This document shows positions 53,594 to 64,000 of a stretch of 64,000 nt of DNA, in pieces. This stretch comes from an uncultured Nitrososphaerales archaeon (lineage in GTDB: Archaea; Thermoproteota; Nitrososphaeria; Nitrososphaerales; Nitrososphaeraceae). The DNA lies in the NCBI GenBank assembly GCA_963695855.1, contig CAVOHZ010000008.1:32001-96000 (forward strand), read 5' to 3'. How positions within the stretch are numbered: position 1 is the first letter of the stretch; every line of letters starts with the position of its first letter. Under the pieces are notes generated by a model. The model saw only the letters and a program-made list of their open reading frames with translations, did no database searches and was not told the origin of the DNA. Made by a program: the position numbers and the translations under genes.

Positions 53594-54652
53594 CTAAAAA
53601 GATAATAATTTTGAATCATCAAGAGGATAGACGTATGTATTAGCCCGTTCATCTCCAATTGGAGACGAATGCAGTAATATAGAGTCACGTAATTCGCTGC
53701 CATCAAGACCTGAGCCACCAATACCAAGAGTACATTCTTCCAACATTTGAGAATTGTGTGGATCAATCAGGGTTTTACCGGGATAAGGTTCCAGGGTTAT
53801 TCTCTCTTCACCAAGCACACCTGCAATTTTAAATCCATTACACATAATTCTACCTCCATCATTCAAAATTAGATCTATTTTATGATCCTTTCTTAAGGAT
53901 AATAATGCTTTGAACAGGTTAAATGTTGAACCAGTGTTAATGTATTTTATAAAATCAGATTCGGGTATATATTTTGAGCCATAATCGTATCCTTCTTGGC
54001 TGGTCAAAAAAATGACTTTTCTGATATCTTGGTTCAGAATTGCAATTTCTTTTTTTAAATATGATTCGATTATTCCAGATTTTTTAAAAGAATTTGCTGT
54101 TCGGGAAACGATAATAAAATAAGTTGAATCGCGTTTCTGTTTGTATTGTTGATAAAGTTTACACAAATCATCGTAAACACCAGAATGACTGCTCCTTATA
54201 TGATTGCCAAAAAAAGTCCAATCCCAGATCTGACTTTTACTTGCCATAAGGTTGTTGATACTGAAGAGAATTGCCCTATAACCTAACAAGATTCTGTGTG
54301 TCGATGCAAATACATTGTCACCGATATTTCTTTTATTTCCTGTCAATTTTATTACCCCGCCTCCAGGATATCCAGGTACCTTGTAGATGTACCTTCGACT
54401 TTTAGGAGCAAATTCCGCAGCAAGAAAGCTAGTTGCCTGATATGGGATTTTTAGTCGAGATATGTACTGTTTAGATGCCCCTATGACAATCTTTGGTAAG
54501 ATAGAAGATAAGAATTTTAGTTTTAAATCATCCTGAGTGTCAATGACCTGAATACCACGTTTACGAAGATGTTCCAATTGTTCCAAAGTAAGTTTATTCT
54601 TTTCGTACAGATGATTTAGATTTTCTTTAAATTTTTGTTCAATAGTGTTCAT
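53594..54652 (-). CDS. Hypothetical protein with a RibD C-terminal reductase-like fold
   Basis: IIVSRT and LLSLRKDHKIDLILNDGGRIMCNGF resemble the RibD-C ..EGG.....F segment. Confidence 0.55.
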   Translation of the reverse strand: MNTIEQKFKENLNHLYEKNKLTLEQLEHLRKRGIQVIDTQDDLKLKFLSSILPKIVIGASKQYISRLKIPYQATSFLAAEFAPKSRRYIYKVPGYPGGGVIKLTGNKRNIGDNVFASTHRILLGYRAILFSINNLMASKSQIWDWTFFGNHIRSSHSGVYDDLCKLYQQYKQKRDSTYFIIVSRTANSFKKSGIIESYLKKEIAILNQDIRKVIFLTSQEGYDYGSKYIPESDFIKYINTGSTFNLFKALLSLRKDHKIDLILNDGGRIMCNGFKIAGVLGEERITLEPYPGKTLIDPHNSQMLEECTLGIGGSGLDGSELRDSILLHSSPIGDERANTYVYPLDDSKLLSF

Positions 54653-54862
54653 TATGGTAAATTATATATTCAAATATGCCTAGGATTTATATTGTTAATT
54701 CATATATTTTATAGGTTGATTTCTAATGTAATGATGTTGACAGTACAGTACCAATCTAAAAATATAAAAATATAATAGCATCCAATATTGCAAATGTAAT
54801 TAGTATATTTCTAATAAGACAATATTAAATATTTCAGACAATCAATATTTGTAAGTATAAAT

Positions 54863-55792
54863 TTGATTTATAGGCCTGCAATTGATTCAGACAAAGAGCA
54901 AATATTTGATTTTTGTAATAATACTTTTGAATGGGGTGATTATATCCAAGAAGTCTGGGATTGCTGGATTAATGAAAAAGATAGTTTGTTACTGGTAGCA
55001 CAAACAATGGATACGATATCATATGCTAAAAAAATTGTTGCAATGATACATGGAAAATTATGTCATAAAAATATGATTTGGGTTGAGGGAATACGGGTTC
55101 ATCCTGAATATAGAGAGAAAGGCATTGCATCTAGTTTAATTAAAAATATTCTTACATATGGAAAAGATAAAGGAACAACTCTAGCCTCGTTGATAGTATC
55201 TATAGATAACATTGAATCGAGAAAGCTAATGGAAAAATTGGATTTCAATCCAGTTTCTAGATGGATATTCGCAAGCATCAAAGGTCTCAAGAATATCTAT
55301 GAGTATTGTCATATAATAAAAAGAGCAGAGATTAAAGATCAGGAAAGAATATACAATTATTTAACAGGATCAAAATATACAAGATATGTTAAGTCATGGA
55401 GGTGGTACATACTAACAAATTACGATTTATTTAGGATGATAAATAAAGGTCAAATATATTTTTTCGATGATCAGAATATCAGGGGTATTGTGATTATAGA
55501 TATAACAGATTTGTGGAATGGCCAAGACAATTATAGAATTTGTTATTTGGATGGAGATTCCAAAGAGATAATTAGTAGCATGTTAGAATATTGTATATAT
55601 GTTTTTTACAATTATAACAATTATTATTCCCAAAAGGATAAAAAAGAGCAAAAAGATAAATATGAAACTAAGGATAATAGAAATGATAGAGTTCAAATAT
55701 TCTGTCCAGATACCGATTTTAATTTCTCAGTTCTAAGTGACCAAAAGAAAGGATATTTTACAAAACTTATTCTTTATGATAAAGAGATATAG
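54863..55792 (+). CDS. GNAT family N-acetyltransferase
   Basis: WVEGIRVHPEYREKGIAS; N..SRKLMEKLDF. Confidence 0.88.
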   Translation: MIYRPAIDSDKEQIFDFCNNTFEWGDYIQEVWDCWINEKDSLLLVAQTMDTISYAKKIVAMIHGKLCHKNMIWVEGIRVHPEYREKGIASSLIKNILTYGKDKGTTLASLIVSIDNIESRKLMEKLDFNPVSRWIFASIKGLKNIYEYCHIIKRAEIKDQERIYNYLTGSKYTRYVKSWRWYILTNYDLFRMINKGQIYFFDDQNIRGIVIIDITDLWNGQDNYRICYLDGDSKEIISSMLEYCIYVFYNYNNYYSQKDKKEQKDKYETKDNRNDRVQIFCPDTDFNFSVLSDQKKGYFTKLILYDKEI

Positions 55793-55968
55793 TATAGAAA
55801 CAACAAGATTGTAGAAGAAAGAAGATAATGGGAGGAACTATCTATGGTTAAAGGTTGCTGATAGTTACTTTTAGAAGAAGATTTGTAAAAGATCTATAAA
55901 GTAATAGAAACAAAAATAATGATATTTGAGTTTTTAGTTTAATTAGAATTTTTAAATGTTCCCTGCAC

Positions 55969-57168
55969 TTACCCAAAAAACTGAGATATTCTTAACTGTT
56001 GTCCATAATTTTTGTAAAGTTTACTTTTATTTATCCAATCTGAAATAGAAACTTTGAAATCTTTGCATGAGTACATTAACGCAGATTGAAAATGATCAAA
56101 GATCTCAGCCGATCCACTTCGTAGAACTTCTCTTATCCCTTCTCTAATTTGCCACACTCCAAGAGGAATAATATAATCTGGATGTATCTCTCTAAAGATC
56201 AATACAGCAGCATTTCTTTTCATTCTTGACAAATATTCTGCAACTGCCAATCTAGCTGCAAAGTAGGCTCCTGCAATCTTTGGATAATGATCTAAACCAT
56301 TTGCATCCTCAAAATCTGATTCTAATACAAATTTTTTATTCGCATCATCGTACCAAGCTTCAACCATTTCAAAATTCCAGACTTCATTTGGAAGTAAAAT
56401 TACAGAGTAATAATTTGAAAAGTGGTTATACTTAAGAACAGTAAATGAATCTATTGAAGGATTTTGTTCCAATTCTTTGATTAAATACGAAGATACTATG
56501 TCATCTGTTGCAGAGATGCTCCATCTAGTTGGAACTAGTTTTCTATTCTTCTTTTTTCCTAGCATGCCCAGGCTCAATATCTTATTTATTTGACTAATCT
56601 CAATCCCTTTTTTGTAAAGTTCTACTACTGCTTTAGCGGCTTTAATATCACCATCAGAAAAATAATATTCAATTTTTTTGTTTGTAGTTATAGATGATAC
56701 TTTAAAAGATTTTAGTTCAACTTTGGGTCCGAAAGGAGGGGATTCAAAGTTGAAACTGGAATTTTGACTGAAAATATTTGAATATAACTGCTGAGGTTTG
56801 GAGTGGAAATTCATTTCGCTTTCTGCGGATTTGGAAGACATTATTAATTCCTGTAAGGACGTGATGAATCTTTGATTAACGTCTGTCACCTTAAAGGAAT
56901 TTACACCACGTACAAGAGATAAACGATAATCTAGAATTTCCTGTAGATTTTTTCCAATCCACATTTCTGGAGAATCCAAAACCTTCGTATCTCCATGCAA
57001 TGGAGGGACCATAGGACCTAAATTCACTCTAGGATATCCATATTGTCCTACAAAAACAGATGGCGGGCTAGCACCAGAAATACTGGAAGAAAAATTTTTT
57101 ATATTTTTATTAAGATAGTCTATCCAATATTTTTCCAACCGTTTTTTAATATCTTCGTAAGATACCAC
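55969..57168 (-). CDS. nreA: Nre family archaeal DNA repair protein
   Basis: SPPSVFVG..GYP, RKLVPTRWSISATD, GAYFAARL, PLGVWQIRE; C-terminal PIP box QLRISQFF. Confidence 0.9.
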   Translation of the reverse strand: MVSYEDIKKRLEKYWIDYLNKNIKNFSSSISGASPPSVFVGQYGYPRVNLGPMVPPLHGDTKVLDSPEMWIGKNLQEILDYRLSLVRGVNSFKVTDVNQRFITSLQELIMSSKSAESEMNFHSKPQQLYSNIFSQNSSFNFESPPFGPKVELKSFKVSSITTNKKIEYYFSDGDIKAAKAVVELYKKGIEISQINKILSLGMLGKKKNRKLVPTRWSISATDDIVSSYLIKELEQNPSIDSFTVLKYNHFSNYYSVILLPNEVWNFEMVEAWYDDANKKFVLESDFEDANGLDHYPKIAGAYFAARLAVAEYLSRMKRNAAVLIFREIHPDYIIPLGVWQIREGIREVLRSGSAEIFDHFQSALMYSCKDFKVSISDWINKSKLYKNYGQQLRISQFFG

Positions 57169-57403
57169 CTGTTTTACTTGACAAAATATTGTTTTTATAT
57201 TATATTAGTTGTATCATAAATTTATTTAACCTCTGTCAGTCTCACTATCAAATACATGAAAATTATTTCGTTTGAAGAAAAGAAGCTAGTAAAAGAAGAA
57301 TTGACAAAGCAGATTATTAGATGGAGGCCTGGGTGGGTGGGTAGACTTTTAATGAGCATTTGATAAGGTTAATACGTAATACTCTATTATTTGGAATTAT
57401 ATT

Positions 57404-58417
57404 TTGATTATACTAAAAGAGCTTACCAAAAAATTTGATAATTTTACTGCTGTTGATAACATCTCCCTGACTATCCAAGAGAATGAGGTTTTTGGACTGT
57501 TAGGCCAGAATGGTGCTGGCAAAACTACAACTATACATATGCTAGCTACGTTATTGAAGCCTACCAGTGGTACTGCCACTATTAATGACTATGATATAGT
57601 CAAACATCCATCAAAGGTAAGAGACAACATTGGGATCGTTTTTCAAGCTCCCAGCAGCGATGATATGCTAACTGGCTATGAAAATTTGAAGATTTATTCA
57701 TATCTTTATAATGTCTCAAACAAAGATAGGGAAAAAAGAATTTTAGAGTTGTTAGAATTGGTGGGGCTAAGTGAGAGAAAAAATGATCTCGTCAAGAAAT
57801 ATTCTGGGGGTATGAGAAGAAGATTGGAAATTGCAAGGGGGTTAATACACAGGCCCAAAGTTATTTTCTTGGATGAGCCTACCCTTGGATTAGATCCTAA
57901 TAGCAGGAAACTTATGTGGAAATATATCCAAGAACTAGTAAGAGAAGAAAAGATAACTGTCATACTAACAACACATTATATGGAGGAGGCGGATCTTCTT
58001 TGTGACAGAATAGGCTTCATTAATAAGGGAAAAATCATCGCTATTGATACTCCTTCGAAGTTAAAAAGTATGATAAATAGAAAAGTTGGAGGAGATATTG
58101 TAAAACTAAGATTTAAAAATGCAGACAGAGACAATGCTAATATCAAAGTTGATGGAGATAATAGTAACAAATTCATTTTAAAAACTATAAAAGGATTTGA
58201 TTTTGTACATGACTTTAGATTAGACAATAATCTATTGACGTTGACTGTTAAGAATGCAAGGTTTAATTTACCGGTTTTATTGAAAGTATTAGATAATGTA
58301 GAATCAGTGGAATTTTCTGAGACCACATTGAATGACGTCTTTTATAAATTTACAAATGAAAATATCAATGAACAACCAGAAGGGGGATTCATGGAAAAGT
58401 TTGCCCAATATGACTAG
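57404..58417 (+). CDS. ABC transporter ATP-binding protein (DrrA-like)
   Basis: GQNGAGKTT, YSGGMRRR, FLDEPT, TTHYMEEAD. Confidence 0.95.
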   Translation: MIILKELTKKFDNFTAVDNISLTIQENEVFGLLGQNGAGKTTTIHMLATLLKPTSGTATINDYDIVKHPSKVRDNIGIVFQAPSSDDMLTGYENLKIYSYLYNVSNKDREKRILELLELVGLSERKNDLVKKYSGGMRRRLEIARGLIHRPKVIFLDEPTLGLDPNSRKLMWKYIQELVREEKITVILTTHYMEEADLLCDRIGFINKGKIIAIDTPSKLKSMINRKVGGDIVKLRFKNADRDNANIKVDGDNSNKFILKTIKGFDFVHDFRLDNNLLTLTVKNARFNLPVLLKVLDNVESVEFSETTLNDVFYKFTNENINEQPEGGFMEKFAQYD

Positions 58418-58444
58418 AATTATTTAAATGGAGATAAAGCTGAT

Positions 58445-59233
58445 TTGAAAAGTACCATAGCAAACACAAGTTATTCTGTTATCAAAAATATTTATGCTAT
58501 TTGGTTAAGGGAGATCAAGGTTTTCTTAAGAGAGAAGAGCAGGTTAATAGCTTCATTATTTACACCTTTATTATGGTTATTTATTGTTGGTTCAGGCCTA
58601 GGATCATCTACTAATACTTCTACTGGTAGTGAATTTAGTTATCAATTGTTTATTTTTCCAGGCATAGTTAGTATGTCTATAATATTTACATCAGTTTTTT
58701 ATGGAGCCTACATAATCTGGGATAGAAAATTTGACTTTCTAAAGAGTGTAATGGTGACACCTGTAAGGAGAGAGGTCATATTTTTAGGGAAAACCATAGG
58801 AGGAATGACAAATTCAATGATACAGGTTATTGTGTTACTGTTTATTGGATTCTTAATAGGAGTTGACTATTCTGCTCTGTCGCTAATACAAATTATTTTT
58901 ATTAGCCTATTACTATCTTTCCTGTTGACTTCGCTTGGTCTTGGTTTAGGAAGTTATATGTACAGCTTGGAAGGATTTCAAATGATCGTAAGTTTTGTAG
59001 TTTTTCCCCTATTTTTTTTGAGTGGTGCTTTATTTCCTCTAAAAAATTTGCCACAATGGTTATATGTATTAACATCTGTTGATCCGGCAACATATGCAGT
59101 AGACGCCCTAAGAATTTCAATGCTAGGAACAGGAAATTTTATCTTTGAGTATGATGTTTTGATATTATTTGGTTTTACTTTAGGATTTGGTCTATTCGGA
59201 ATGTTATCGTTTAAGAGGATGAAGGCGGTTTGA
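58445..59233 (+). CDS. ABC-2 type permease
   Basis: About 6 TMs, FFLSGALFPL...P.TYAVDALR. Confidence 0.93.
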   Translation: MKSTIANTSYSVIKNIYAIWLREIKVFLREKSRLIASLFTPLLWLFIVGSGLGSSTNTSTGSEFSYQLFIFPGIVSMSIIFTSVFYGAYIIWDRKFDFLKSVMVTPVRREVIFLGKTIGGMTNSMIQVIVLLFIGFLIGVDYSALSLIQIIFISLLLSFLLTSLGLGLGSYMYSLEGFQMIVSFVVFPLFFLSGALFPLKNLPQWLYVLTSVDPATYAVDALRISMLGTGNFIFEYDVLILFGFTLGFGLFGMLSFKRMKAV

Positions 59234-59507
59234 TAAAAAAAGAGGTTCTATAATTAAATCATATTTTTATTAAATAATGAAATTATTGGTCCAATAACAT
59301 AAGTATATGTTTATCCTTAATCGGAAACATTTAATTGATCATAATGTAAGTAACAAAAAGAAAAATAAATTCCACATATATAAAATCAAATAAAAATATC
59401 ATGAAAATCAAGTAATAAATCGATTTATGGAAGAAAAAATGAATTTCATTTGGTTAATAATTTCAGTGTACATTTAATAATAGCATTCATTTATTTGAAT
59501 AATTTGA

Positions 59508-59603
59508 GGGGCTATCGTCTAGCTTGGATCAGGATACCATCTTCAACTTGAGGGTATAAGCCTGGGGCGCTGGCGGTCGTGGGTTCAAATCCCACTGGCC
59601 CCA
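59508..59603 (+). tRNA. tRNA-Pro(GGG) with a 20-nt non-canonical intron in the anticodon stem (~29/30; 59540-59559)
   Basis: GGGGCTA/TGGCCCC acceptor; removing 20 nt gives CCAGC-CTGGGGC-GCTGG and a 76-nt cloverleaf. Confidence 0.9.
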
Positions 59604-59759
59604 TTACCAACCTGTCTCTTTATTTAGACCCATTGTTATATAGGATATGGAAATAATGTCAATCAATAATGTTCTCGCTGAAATAATTTCAAATGAAGGA
59701 CACAATAAACAAGAACTGACTCCATATCTAATGTTCTAATATGCGATTAAAACAGAGAT

Positions 59760-59989
59760 TAACCTTGTAGAAGCAGAATAAAAGACTGCAAGCTACGACC
59801 CCAAGATAAAACCGATCTATCAGAGAATTGCAAAAAAAGAAAGGAAATCAGAAAGCAAGGGTTGCAGTAGCAAGAAAGATGCTCGTCAGTATATATCATG
59901 TATTAATAAGGAACGAATTGTACCATAGTCATAAACAAGATGTACAGATAAGAAAGAATAAAAAAATGATACAAAAAATAGGACATTAA
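59760..59989 (+). pseudogene. IS110 transposase C-terminal remnant
   Basis: LVEAE*..SYDPKIKPIYQRIAKK/KGNQKARVAVARKMLVSIYHVL, paralogous to the C-terminus of 16610-17680. Confidence 0.7.
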
Positions 59990-60176
59990 AGGAAATTCAT
60001 ATAAGTAAAGCTCTACCTATCAGAAATAATTGTCAATCTAGGCATTTACATAACTGTTAAGGTAAGTCTAAAAGGATATAACATTAAATGAATAGTGGAA
60101 AAATTAGGTAAATGTTTGTCCATCAGCCATTTTTCAAATAAATATTCTTATTAACGAGTTTTAATTAATAGGTTCC

Positions 60177-61220
60177 ATGAAAGAATCAAGAAAAGCCAAT
60201 AAAATACTTTTAAGAAATGGATTAATTGTTGGGATATCTATCGCTTTATTTTCGTTATTTACTATCGGAGTGGAAGCACAACCCGACAATAAAGTGATAA
60301 ATATTCCAGTAGAAGATGGACCACTTTATCTGGCATATGATCCAGTAAATAAGAGGATGTATGTGACTGTTTTTTTAACTCCTAGTGTCGCCGTAATTGA
60401 TACTACTACAAACACAGTAACAGGCAGCCCGATTAATGTATCAGAAAATACTGGAATGGGAGACATAGAATATGATCCAGTAAATAAGAGGATGTATGTT
60501 ACTCATTTTCCGTATAATGTCTCCGTAATTGATACTACTACAAACACAGTAATAGACAGTCCAATTTCAGGAGGAGATAAACCAGTAAACACAACGTCTA
60601 GCTTCATAGAATATGATCCAGTAAATAAGAGGATGTATGTTACTCATTCTAATCTAGATAGCGTTCCTGTAATTGGTACTGTTTCTGTAATTGATACTAC
60701 TACAAACACAGTAATAGGTAGTCCAATTTCAGTAAGAGATGGACCTAGAGACATAGAATATGATCCAGTAAATAAGAGGATGTATGTGACTAATTTTTCT
60801 AATGGTACTGTCACCGTAATTGATACTACTACAAACACAGTAGAGAGTCATATTCCAGTAGGAGGTAATTCAACAACAAACATAGAATATGATCCAGTAA
60901 ATAAGAGGATGTATGTGACTAATTTTTTTGATGGTACTGTCACAGTAATTGATACTACTACAAACACAGTAATAGGCAGTCCAATTTCAGTAGGAAATGG
61001 TACATATGGTATAGAATATGATCCAGTAAATAAGAGGATGTATGTGACTAATTTTTCTAATGGTACTGTCACCGTAATTGATACTACTACAAACACAGTA
61101 ATAGGCAGTCCGATTGATGTAATAGATAGAGGAGCGAGAATAGAATATGATCCAGTAAATAAGAGGATGTATGTTGCTAGCTTGTTCGGAGGAACTGTTT
61201 CTGTGATAAATGTAAGGTAA
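60177..61220 (+). CDS. Secreted YVTN/YncE-family 7-bladed beta-propeller
   Basis: Signal peptide plus seven YDPVNKRMYV...V.VI repeats. Confidence 0.92.
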   Translation: MKESRKANKILLRNGLIVGISIALFSLFTIGVEAQPDNKVINIPVEDGPLYLAYDPVNKRMYVTVFLTPSVAVIDTTTNTVTGSPINVSENTGMGDIEYDPVNKRMYVTHFPYNVSVIDTTTNTVIDSPISGGDKPVNTTSSFIEYDPVNKRMYVTHSNLDSVPVIGTVSVIDTTTNTVIGSPISVRDGPRDIEYDPVNKRMYVTNFSNGTVTVIDTTTNTVESHIPVGGNSTTNIEYDPVNKRMYVTNFFDGTVTVIDTTTNTVIGSPISVGNGTYGIEYDPVNKRMYVTNFSNGTVTVIDTTTNTVIGSPIDVIDRGARIEYDPVNKRMYVASLFGGTVSVINVR

Positions 61221-61655
61221 TGAGACCTATCAATAGCACCACCTTTCCCTGTATCTTCTTATATTTCTTAAATGTACTTCCACGAGGCTGGGATCGGATT
61301 CAGGAGGACTGATTATGCTGGAAAAATACGGTTAGTGGGCCTATTTATTCTGTAAACACTATTATTGTAAGGACTGTCACAGAATACCTCCGGAATTCAA
61401 TTGTATAGATTATCTCAATTCCATTTCTGAAAAAATTGCGTCTCCTTTAGGGACTATAATGACAACGCTAGGAGTAATTGTGGGAAGTATTGTGGGTGTT
61501 AGTAAATGGTTCTTTAGCCAGAAAAAAGTCGATGAGAAAAAAGATAATACATGATATTAACTTGTAATAAAAGAATATTTTACGCGAATTATTGATTGTG
61601 AAGTTTAGCACAAATAGTAAATTGAGCAAGGGACCAAAAATTAGGTCAAATTTGT

Positions 61656-61677
61656 TTCACATCCTACTGGCCCCATT
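61656..61677 (+). repeat. Degenerate duplication of the tRNA-Pro 3' end (att-like)
   Basis: TTCACATCCTACTGGCCCCATT versus TTCAAATCCCACTGGCCCCATT (59584-59605): 20/22 identical. Confidence 0.7.
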
Positions 61678-62060
61678 GTAATATCAGTCCTCAAATTGGA
61701 TCGACTCAATAATGTTAGTAGTGATTTATTAATTCAAAATATACAACGACAATTGTAACAACAACAAAAAGAAAAAGAAGAATTGTGATCTACCGCATGC
61801 ATACAATTGTATATGATTGTTCATATACTGGTATAATATAATGATTAGAAATCTTTTACAAATATTATGAATACTATTGTATTAGATTTTAAAATTCTTA
61901 TTTATCTTAATAAATTTGTAAATAAATGAATAATACAAGTAAAGGTTAATTTCCTAGTTTATATCATGTTATTACTTCATAAATTCTTCTACTGAAAATA
62001 AAGATTGAAATTGAGTTCAATGAGTGCTCTGGGATGTGACCTTTGACATAGAATTGTGTA

Positions 62061-63077
62061 TTATGCTTCAATAGCCTTAACTTCCGCTTTTATTTCTGGT
62101 CTGGAAGAAAAGAATTCAGAAATCTTTTCAGCAATTACGTCACAATCTTCTTCTAAAGCAAAGTGACCGGTATCAAGAATGTATGTCTCTATATCTTTTA
62201 GGTCTCTTTTGTATGGATGTGCTCCCGATTCTGGGAAGATATAGTCGTTTTTACCCCACACAACTAATGTAGGAGGCTGATACTTTCTAAAATTCTTTTG
62301 CCATTGTGAATATAGTGGTGGATTAGTTTTATAATCATAAAGCATTGCTAGTTGAATTGCAGCATTTGCAGGACGGTTCAATCTGGTCTGATCGATTATC
62401 CAATTGTCAGGACTGATTGATTGAGGATTTCTTGTTCCGTTAATATATTGCCACTTTGTTGTCTCTTCTGTTACCAAGTAATGAAGTTTCTTTTCATTTT
62501 CGAGAGTTTTATTATTCCACCAATCTTTAATGGGATTCCAAAATTCTCCTAGACCTTCATCATATGCATTTCCATTTTGTATAATAAATACCTGTACTTT
62601 TTCTGGCTGTATTGAAAATAGTCTGAAACCAATTGGTGCACCATAATCCATCATGTAAAGACTATATTTTTCCAATCCAATTGTTTCTGCAAATTCAAAA
62701 ATAATTTTGGCCATATTTTCAAAAGTATAATCAAACTCATCGACTGTTGGCATAGAGCTGTTTCCATATCCTGGATAATCTGGTGCTACAAGATGGAAAT
62801 CATCAGACAGTTTTTGTATTAGATTCCGAAACATGTGTGATGATGTCGGAAAGCCATGCAACAACAAAATTGTTGGGGCATTCCTTGGACCTGCTTCTCT
62901 GTAAAAAATATCGAGACCATTTATTTTGACAGTTTTGTATTCTATGATGTATTTGGTTTGGTATTTATTCATAAGTATATTATATAACAAAAGAAATATG
63001 AGTAAGCCGGAAATTTTTTTTCCAAAACTAGTCCGATATGGACAAGATTTTAGGTATAAATCATTATTAGATAGCAA
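62061..63077 (-). CDS. Alpha/beta hydrolase (epoxide hydrolase/dehalogenase-like)
   Basis: LLHGFPTSS, APDYPGYG, MDYGAP nucleophile elbow, TGHFALE. Likely start at ~62972 (MNKYQ). Confidence 0.92.
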   Translation of the reverse strand: MLSNNDLYLKSCPYRTSFGKKISGLLIFLLLYNILMNKYQTKYIIEYKTVKINGLDIFYREAGPRNAPTILLLHGFPTSSHMFRNLIQKLSDDFHLVAPDYPGYGNSSMPTVDEFDYTFENMAKIIFEFAETIGLEKYSLYMMDYGAPIGFRLFSIQPEKVQVFIIQNGNAYDEGLGEFWNPIKDWWNNKTLENEKKLHYLVTEETTKWQYINGTRNPQSISPDNWIIDQTRLNRPANAAIQLAMLYDYKTNPPLYSQWQKNFRKYQPPTLVVWGKNDYIFPESGAHPYKRDLKDIETYILDTGHFALEEDCDVIAEKISEFFSSRPEIKAEVKAIEA

Positions 63078-63125
63078 TAATGTCCAATATGGAAAAGTTA
63101 TTATCTAGTTATTTATAGAAAAATT

Positions 63126-64000
63126 ATGCTTGATAAAGTAGACAAAATTATTCTAGCTCAACTGGGAAAAAATGCCAGATTATCATCACAAGAACTACGA
63201 AAAATTCTTCAAGCTACTGGACATACTATTACAGACAGAGGAGTAAGACACAGAATACAAAAATTAGAAAAAAATAACGTAATTTTAGGATATTCGACAA
63301 TTTTAAATCCTAACATAATCTCAGAAAAAATTAATCGTACCGTTCTATTGAAATTCAAGTATGGAAGGTCGTCACAGGAAAAAATCAAACAATTAACTGA
63401 CTATGTGAACCAATCATCATTTTGTTTATATTCTAACCGATTAAGTGGCGATTATGACTGGATTTGTAATTTTATATTTGATTCAATCGAACAATATGAA
63501 TTGGAATCTGATAATTTTTTAAATAGATTTTCTTCATTGATTTCAGATTTTAGATCTTATGAATCTAAAATGATTAAATCTTCACCATATTCAGTTTACG
63601 ATGAGGAAGGAATTAAGGAGAAAAAAGAAAAGGTATTTCAAATTTTAAGTTCTGTTAGAAAGTACAATACTCTTAATGATAGATTACAGCTAATTGTAGA
63701 AGGTTTGGTAAAATATTTTGATGCTGCATTTGCCAGGGTTTGGTTTGTTGATAAAAATCAAAAATATCTGATTTTAAAGTTTAGCGCAGGAATGTATACT
63801 GGAATAAAGGGAGAATTTTCAAAAGTATCCATTAATTCATTAAAAATTGGTCCTGCAGTAAAAACAAAAAAACCGGTTGTCACAAATGATGTTGCAAATG
63901 ATCCAAGAATAAAGCATCCTGATTGGGCAAAAAGAGAAAATCTAAAGTCTTTTGCTGCATACCCACTGATATACAGAGGAAAATCAGTTGCAGTTTTAGC
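63126..64000 (+). CDS. Lrp/AsnC-family regulator fused to a C-terminal GAF domain (cut by the window end; not in the ORF track)
   Basis: MLDKVDKIILAQLGKNAR...RIQKLEKNNVILGY; then ARVWFVD...TNDVANDPRI..PDWAKRENLKSFAAYPL. Confidence 0.88.
   Translation, partial: MLDKVDKIILAQLGKNARLSSQELRKILQATGHTITDRGVRHRIQKLEKNNVILGYSTILNPNIISEKINRTVLLKFKYGRSSQEKIKQLTDYVNQSSFCLYSNRLSGDYDWICNFIFDSIEQYELESDNFLNRFSSLISDFRSYESKMIKSSPYSVYDEEGIKEKKEKVFQILSSVRKYNTLNDRLQLIVEGLVKYFDAAFARVWFVDKNQKYLILKFSAGMYTGIKGEFSKVSINSLKIGPAVKTKKPVVTNDVANDPRIKHPDWAKRENLKSFAAYPLIYRGKSVAVL

Noticed and set aside
60330-61180. Regularly spaced 29-bp identical repeats resembling a CRISPR array
   Set aside because: In-frame coding repeats of a YVTN propeller; the intervening segments are mutually homologous, about 100 bp long, and no cas genes are present.

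Overview
AT-rich archaeal chromosome segment. Gene content (split MetH, Nre, intron-containing tRNAs, multicopy secreted-protein families) points to an ammonia-oxidising Nitrososphaeraceae (Nitrosocosmicus-like) genome. About 1-41.8 kb is accessory. At 1-13.5 kb, cargo genes and pseudogenes are punctuated by 8 copies of a dispersed ~50-105 bp repeat with a dif-like or promoter-like head. An IS cluster follows: an IS110 whose leader carries target- and donor-matching guide segments, an IS1595, and a complete IS6-family cargo transposon with an 8-bp TSD. A ~23-kb integrase-less island bounded by a 22-bp duplication of the tRNA-Leu(CAA) 3' end carries two arylsulfatases, FGE, a HAD phosphatase, RTX-like proteins and PsbP-like proteins. 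About 42-59.6 kb is core metabolism: egtD/egtB, trpC/B/A, split metH, Nre, an ABC-2 exporter and tRNA-Pro(GGG). The window ends with a small tRNA-Pro-anchored islet (YVTN beta-propeller), a hydrolase and an Lrp-GAF regulator cut by the window edge. All calls are by eye from motifs; no searches were run.
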